Assembly (NCBI GenBank): GCA_009392915.1 | Contig: CP045477.1 | Coordinates: 448,001 to 512,000 of the forward strand | DNA: 64,000 bases | Direction of reading: 5' to 3' | From: Candidatus Forterrea multitransposorum CG_2015-17_Forterrea_25_41 | GTDB taxonomy: Archaea; Iainarchaeota; Iainarchaeia; Iainarchaeales; CSSED10-239 | In this document: one piece after another, positions 58,944 through 64,000 of the stretch | Layout: each line of letters opens with the position of its first letter | How positions within the stretch are numbered: position 1 is the first letter of the stretch | Translations under genes and position numbers: made by a program | Notes under the pieces: generated by a model | What the model saw: the letters and a program-made list of their open reading frames with translations, nothing else | Database searches by the model: none | What the model was told of the DNA's origin: nothing

Positions 58944-61592
58944 CTAAGATTCTATTTTCCAGAATCTTTTAGATTTGTTTATTTTCTTTAATAAATCATA
59001 AATAATTACAAAAAATAAACCAATAGAAATAGCAACAACCCATTCAATAAACATTAAAGGAGTTGTTCCAAAAGATACATTTAATGGAGTATAAATAATT
59101 ATAACTGTTGCAGCAATAGAAATTAAGGATGCATAAAATAAATATTTGTTAACTAATGGAGATCTATTTAAAACTCCTTTTCTAAAAGACCTAAAATTAA
59201 AAGCACCTAATATCTCAAGCATAATTAAAGTTAAAAGTGCAGTTGTTGCTGCATGAACTTGATTTAAACCTAAAATATTAAAAGTTATATAGTATACAGT
59301 TAAAGTAAATAATGTCATTAAGATACCAGAAAAGAAAAGTAAAATTAATAGATTTTTAGTTAAGATTTGTCTTTTAATTGGTTTCTCATTCATAATATCA
59401 TTTGAAGATGGATTAAACCCTAAAGCTATTGCTGGAAGATTATCAGTTACAATATTCATAAATAAAATTTGAAGTGGTAAAAGAATAGGTATTGGCCATC
59501 CAAAATTACTAGCAAGCAAAACACCAAAGATAACTATAAATAATTCAGAAAAATTACAAGAAAGTTGATAAGTCATAAACTTTCTAATATTTGTAAAAAT
59601 TGTTCTTCCTTCTTTTACAGCATAAACAATTGTTGCAAAATTATCATCCTTTAAAGTTAAATCAGCAACAGATCTTGAAACATCAGTTCCTGCAATACCC
59701 ATTGCAACTCCAACATGTGCTTCTTTTAAAGCAGGAGCATCATTTACACCATCTCCTGTCATGGTTACAATTTCTCCATTTTCTTTTAAAGCTTTAACAA
59801 TTCTTAATTTATGTTCAGGTCTTACTCTTGCAAAAACAGAAACATCTTTTATAATTTGTTTTAATTCTTCATCTGAAAAATCATCAATTTGAAAACCTTC
59901 TAAAACTTTTCCATCTAAAAGTCCAATTTCTTTTGCAATTGCAATTGCTGTTTCTTTATTATCACCAGTAATCATTTTAACATTTATACCAGCTCTTCTA
60001 CAAAGAGAAATTGTATCTTTAACTTCTTCTCTTGGAGGATCTTCCATTCCAACAAAACCAATAAATATTAATTCTGATTCAAGATCATTATAATTCTTAT
60101 CTTTATAAGCAAACGCTAAAGTCCTTAAAGCTCTTTTTGTCATTTCTTGGTTTTCTGCTAATATTTTTTTAACATCTGATTCTGTTATTTTATAGACTTT
60201 TTCATTTTTTAGAATATGTGTACATTTCTTTAAAACATATTCAATCGCACCCTTAACATACACTTCTTTATTTTCATCTTTAGAAATTAAAACACTCATC
60301 ATTTTTCTTTCAGAAGAAAATGGAATTTCTTCATCTCTAACAATATTAAAATCTTCTTTATAAATACCTGCTTTTGAAGCTAAAACTAAAAGAGAAGCTT
60401 CTGTTGGAGTTCCTGTAATTTTAAAATAATTTTCATTTTCAATTTCTGAAATATAAGAATCATTACAAAGAACTGAAGATTTTAAAAGAAGAGATAAATC
60501 TTTTTCTTTTACAAGATCAATTTCTTTTTTATTATTTAAAAATAAACCATGTTTTTCATAACCAACACCAGTAACATCAAATAATTTGTTATCAATATAT
60601 ATTTTTCTTACAGTCATTTCTCCTTTTGTAATAGTTCCTGTTTTATCTGAACAAATAACTGTTGTTTCTCCTAAAGTTTCAATGATTGACATTCTACTTA
60701 CAACTGCATTCTTTTGTGCCATTCTATAAGCACCTGAAGAAAGAGTAGTTACTAAAACAACAGGAAGACCTTCTGGGAAAGATGCAACTGAAATTGCAAT
60801 AACAAGTATCAATACTTCAACTATAACTTCACTTGTAATAACTGGAGACTTTAATAAAACTAGAATACCTGTTAAGATAGATAAAGAGAGACCAATAAAT
60901 GCAAGAACTTTTGTGATTTTATTTATTTTTTTCTGTAACAATATTTCTTTTTCGGTTCCAGAAATTAATTTTGCAATCTTTCCAAACTTTGTATTCATTC
61001 CTGTATGTGTAACTTTTAAAATAGCTTTTCCTGAAACTACAAAAGATCCCATAAAAGCTTTATTTTCATCAGTTAATTCTTTTTCAGTTGAGATTGTTTT
61101 TCTAACTTCTTTAGATTCTCCTGTAAGAATAGATTCATTTAAAGAAATATTTTTTTCACTTATCAAAACACCATCAGCAGGAACTCTTTCTCCTGTTCTT
61201 AAAATTAAATAATCTCCAGGCACAATTTCACTTGAAGGTATTTCTATTTCTTTTGAGTCTCTAATAACTAAAGAAACAGAAGTTATCATTTTTTTAAGAG
61301 CAGAAACTGCTTTTTCAGCTCTGTATTCTTGGAAAAAACCTACCCCCACAACTAAAAGGATAACTGCTATAACTGTATAACCAGTTGCTGTTTTTCCAAC
61401 TAAAAAAGATAAAAAAGAAGCTGCAAGTAAAAGATAAACTATAAAGTTTGATTTAACTTGTCTTAAAAGAATATCATACCATTTAATTTTATTTACTTCT
61501 ATGATTTCATTAAGACCATATTGTTTTAAATTTTCTTTAGCTTCCTTTGTAGTTAACCCTGTATACTTCATAAATATCTTTATTTTAAACAA
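58944..61592 (-). CDS. P-type cation-transporting ATPase (P2-type, Ca2+/Mg2+-like)
   Basis: Phosphorylation motif CSDKTGTITKG, TGES actuator motif (LTGES), MTGDGVNDAPALK hinge, and 8-10 TM helices. Confidence 0.9.
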   Translation of the reverse strand: MFKIKIFMKYTGLTTKEAKENLKQYGLNEIIEVNKIKWYDILLRQVKSNFIVYLLLAASFLSFLVGKTATGYTVIAVILLVVGVGFFQEYRAEKAVSALKKMITSVSLVIRDSKEIEIPSSEIVPGDYLILRTGERVPADGVLISEKNISLNESILTGESKEVRKTISTEKELTDENKAFMGSFVVSGKAILKVTHTGMNTKFGKIAKLISGTEKEILLQKKINKITKVLAFIGLSLSILTGILVLLKSPVITSEVIVEVLILVIAISVASFPEGLPVVLVTTLSSGAYRMAQKNAVVSRMSIIETLGETTVICSDKTGTITKGEMTVRKIYIDNKLFDVTGVGYEKHGLFLNNKKEIDLVKEKDLSLLLKSSVLCNDSYISEIENENYFKITGTPTEASLLVLASKAGIYKEDFNIVRDEEIPFSSERKMMSVLISKDENKEVYVKGAIEYVLKKCTHILKNEKVYKITESDVKKILAENQEMTKRALRTLAFAYKDKNYNDLESELIFIGFVGMEDPPREEVKDTISLCRRAGINVKMITGDNKETAIAIAKEIGLLDGKVLEGFQIDDFSDEELKQIIKDVSVFARVRPEHKLRIVKALKENGEIVTMTGDGVNDAPALKEAHVGVAMGIAGTDVSRSVADLTLKDDNFATIVYAVKEGRTIFTNIRKFMTYQLSCNFSELFIVIFGVLLASNFGWPIPILLPLQILFMNIVTDNLPAIALGFNPSSNDIMNEKPIKRQILTKNLLILLFFSGILMTLFTLTVYYITFNILGLNQVHAATTALLTLIMLEILGAFNFRSFRKGVLNRSPLVNKYLFYASLISIAATVIIIYTPLNVSFGTTPLMFIEWVVAISIGLFFVIIYDLLKKINKSKRFWKIES

Positions 61593-61658
61593 AAATCAGT
61601 TGTTATAATATATGTTGTATATTATATTTATAAAGATATCTTTTAGAAATTATAAAAA

Positions 61659-63359
61659 TTAAACCTCTTCAAAATGAAGGTCTTCTCTGTTTTCAAAAGA
61701 AGAAATATGTTTAAACTTTTCTTCTAAAAATTTCTTTTTATTAAAACCGTGTTTTTCAATCATTGAAGAAATATGCTCTCCACCTAAAAGATCAGGCATA
61801 ATAACATGAGTTGCACCTTCTTTATAAAGACTAAAAGTATTCTCTACATTATTAGAAGTTACAATAATTATTAAATCTTTATTAATCTCTTTTATTTTAT
61901 TAATAAACATTATATTTGATTCATAACTAGAAATAATAGATATAACCATCTTAGTTTCTTTTAGATTAAGATCATCTAAAAGTTCCATGTTTGTAACATC
62001 CCCATAGATACATGGAATTCTTCTTCTTGTAAGTTTTTGAATAGTTAAAGGATCATAATCAACTATTAAAAAATTAATATTATTTCTTTTAAAATGTTTT
62101 AAAAGATCATGGCCTACTCTATCATAACCAAAGACAATAACATCGTGAGGTTTATCTTGATTGTAAGATGCATCATCAACTTTCTTTCCTTGTTTTTCAA
62201 ATATTTTTAAATATTTTGAAATATATGGAAAGATCTTATCAGCATAAATAATCATGTAACTTGAACCAGCCATTGTTATTAAACCAACAGCAGTAACTAA
62301 AGAAAGAATAGTAGTATCAACATGTCCTACAGTTACACCAAGAGCAACTAAAATTAAAGAAAATTCACTAATCTGTGCAACAGTTAAACCTGCTAAAAAA
62401 CCATTTCTTCTTGAATATCCTAATTTACCCATTAGAATAATAACAATTAAAGGATTTCCAATTAAAACAAATAAAGATAAAAGAATAATTGGTACAATGT
62501 ATAAACCTACACTTGAAAAATTCATTTGGTATCCTAAAAGTATAAAGAAAATTACAATAAAGAAATCTCTTATAGGTCTCATTCTAGAACTAATCTCATG
62601 CCTGTAAGGAGACATTGAAAGAGTCATTCCTGCTAAAAAAGCTCCAACTTCAATTGAGAAATTAAAAAAATGAAATACAGCAGATAAAATTAAAGCCCAA
62701 CTTATTGAAAAAAGAATTAAAAGTTCTTGAGATTTTGCTAAAAATTTTGTAAATCTTGGAAGAACATATAAACCTATTAAAAAGAAAATTACAACTAGTA
62801 AAATACCTATTAAAACAGTTTTTATAATTTCAAAAGTAATATTTGTTCCTTGAGAACCTGCAATTGAAGATACAACCATTAATATTAATACAGCTAAGAT
62901 GTCTTGAACTATTAAAAAACCAATAGAAATTTTACCATATAGTCTATTTGTATCTCCTCTATCAGAAAGAAGTTTCATAATAATAATAGTACTACTAAAG
63001 GTAAGAGCTATTGCAATATAAATAGAAATTACTGTTGAAAAACCTAAAAGTATAGATACTAAAAAACCTATTACAGAAGTAAAAATAACTTGACCTAAAC
63101 CAGTAATTAAAGAAACCTTTCCAACTTCTTTTATAATTTTTGGATTTAAGTGAAGCCCTACAACAAACAATAAAAGAGCAATACCAATTTTTGAAAATAA
63201 TTCAATTGTTGATATGTTTGATAAGATATTTAAAGCAGAAACAATAATTCCAGTAACAATATACCCTATAAGTAAAGGTTGTTTTAATTTTTGCATAATT
63301 AAACCAACTAAGGTTGCAATTCCGATAATAAGGGCAATTTCAAAAAATACTTGAATCAT
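61659..63359 (-). CDS. CPA2-family monovalent cation:proton antiporter with a C-terminal TrkA-N (RCK) domain, KefB/KefC-like
   Basis: About 12-TM Na+/H+-exchanger domain followed by Rossmann-like VIVFGYDRVGHDLLKHF. Confidence 0.8.
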   Translation of the reverse strand: MIQVFFEIALIIGIATLVGLIMQKLKQPLLIGYIVTGIIVSALNILSNISTIELFSKIGIALLLFVVGLHLNPKIIKEVGKVSLITGLGQVIFTSVIGFLVSILLGFSTVISIYIAIALTFSSTIIIMKLLSDRGDTNRLYGKISIGFLIVQDILAVLILMVVSSIAGSQGTNITFEIIKTVLIGILLVVIFFLIGLYVLPRFTKFLAKSQELLILFSISWALILSAVFHFFNFSIEVGAFLAGMTLSMSPYRHEISSRMRPIRDFFIVIFFILLGYQMNFSSVGLYIVPIILLSLFVLIGNPLIVIILMGKLGYSRRNGFLAGLTVAQISEFSLILVALGVTVGHVDTTILSLVTAVGLITMAGSSYMIIYADKIFPYISKYLKIFEKQGKKVDDASYNQDKPHDVIVFGYDRVGHDLLKHFKRNNINFLIVDYDPLTIQKLTRRRIPCIYGDVTNMELLDDLNLKETKMVISIISSYESNIMFINKIKEINKDLIIIVTSNNVENTFSLYKEGATHVIMPDLLGGEHISSMIEKHGFNKKKFLEEKFKHISSFENREDLHFEEV

Positions 63360-63434
63360 GTTTTATACACTATTAATAACTTTTTATAAATATATAAAAA
63401 TATAATATAAAACATTTAAAAACAGAACTAATTA

Positions 63435-64000
63435 TTAGTTTTTAAAAATAAGAAACCTTCTTTTTTCAAGGAAAATATTTTTTTTAAAATAAAGATATAA
63501 ACCAAAAAATAATATTGAAAAACCAAGAAAATAACCAGCTAAAACATCTGTAAACCAGTGAATATTAATTATTATTCTTGAAAATCCCATAAAAATAAAT
63601 AATAGTAAAGAAATAATTGAAATAAATTTGTTATTTTTATAAAACAAGAAAAAAATAAAACCAAAAAGAACAACACCCATAGTTGCATGTCCACTTGGAA
63701 AACTTAAAGTTGTAAGAAAAAGATTATCAGGTCTAATTCTTCCAATAATGTGTTTTAAAGAATAAACTATTAAAAGATCTAAAAAAACTAAAACATAGAG
63801 AAGATTAATTTCTTTATGTTTATTTAATAAACTTAAATAAATAGTTAATAGAATAACAATTATTAAAACACCATAAACAGAACCAATTGCAGAGATTATT
63901 TTTGCAAAAGAATAAGTAAAAGTATTTGTTAAATCAACTGTGCTACTGCTTACAAAATTATCTAATGAATTTGTAAGATTTATTTTAAATAAAACTAATA
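63435..64000 (-). CDS. PAP2-family phosphatase (phosphatidic acid phosphatase / undecaprenyl-diphosphatase-like); N-terminus lies outside the window
   Basis: Frame is open from 64000 down to the stop at 63435. Contains all three PAP2 motifs: KHIIGRIRPD, PSGH and SRIIINIHWFTDV. The ORF track lists only the part after an internal ATG. Confidence 0.65.
   Translation of the reverse strand, partial: LVLFKINLTNSLDNFVSSSTVDLTNTFTYSFAKIISAIGSVYGVLIIVILLTIYLSLLNKHKEINLLYVLVFLDLLIVYSLKHIIGRIRPDNLFLTTLSFPSGHATMGVVLFGFIFFLFYKNNKFISIISLLLFIFMGFSRIIINIHWFTDVLAGYFLGFSILFFGLYLYFKKNIFLEKRRFLIFKN

Noticed and set aside
41632-61212. Remaining short overlapping ORFs (41632..41814, 42575..42775, 42831..43031, 45114..45341, 47027..47359, 50173..50833 x3, 55426..55686, 56920..57120, 59600..59797, 60913..61212)
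   Set aside because: Each is antisense to, or out of frame with, a long motif-supported gene (RNase, NMD3-like, TrkH, AspRS, the coiled-coil protein, SMC, the P-type ATPase). Their translations are low-complexity.
1-64000. Bacterial origin of the contig (uvrABC, bacterial-type adk and TGS-ThrRS)
   Set aside because: The archaeal-type SRP RNA, eukaryote-like L10e, the A24 peptidase with class III pilin, the archaeal AspRS and tRNAs without CCA outweigh these. uvrABC and bacterial-type genes are commonly acquired by mesophilic archaea.

Overview
Very AT-rich (about 30% GC) chromosomal segment that looks archaeal and DPANN-like. The main evidence is a GC-rich archaeal-type 7S SRP RNA, a eukaryote-like L10e/uL16, an archaeal-type AspRS, an A24 prepilin peptidase and a class-III (archaeal pilin) signal peptide. 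Four tRNAs lack an encoded CCA.

Housekeeping genes recognised by their motifs are uvrC, uvrA, ftsZ, thrS, ndk, a Trm11-like tRNA methyltransferase, uL16, adk, aspS, serS and an SMC-family ATPase. There are also a beta-CASP RNase, an ion-transport set (TrkA/TrkH, a P-type ATPase, a CPA2 antiporter with an RCK domain) and a PAP2 phosphatase running off the right edge. Spread through the window are surface and accessory genes: secreted Ser/Thr-rich Ig/PKD-like proteins, a Cys-rich small secreted protein, and a membrane-tethered wHTH regulator.

The most interesting content is two type-IV-pilus-like (Tad/FlaI-type) loci. Locus A (20.8-24.0 kb) has a FlaI/VirB11-type ATPase whose N-terminus is a 2x[4Fe-4S] ferredoxin-like domain, plus two single-domain TadB/TadC-like membrane proteins and a DedA protein. 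Locus B (31.3-40.4 kb) has a prepilin peptidase, two TadB/C-like membrane proteins and a DUF192 protein. It also has a 1116-aa protein whose C-terminus is a FlaI-like ATPase fold that has lost the Walker A P-loop; this protein carries a roughly 650-aa K/D/E/S-rich disordered N-terminus with 45-bp tandem repeats. Finally, locus B has a pilin-like gene with a class-III signal peptide that sits in the same reading frame as a 596-aa PKD/Ig-like adhesin ORF, separated by a single in-frame TAA. I saw no CRISPR array, no rRNA and no obvious transposase or integrase.
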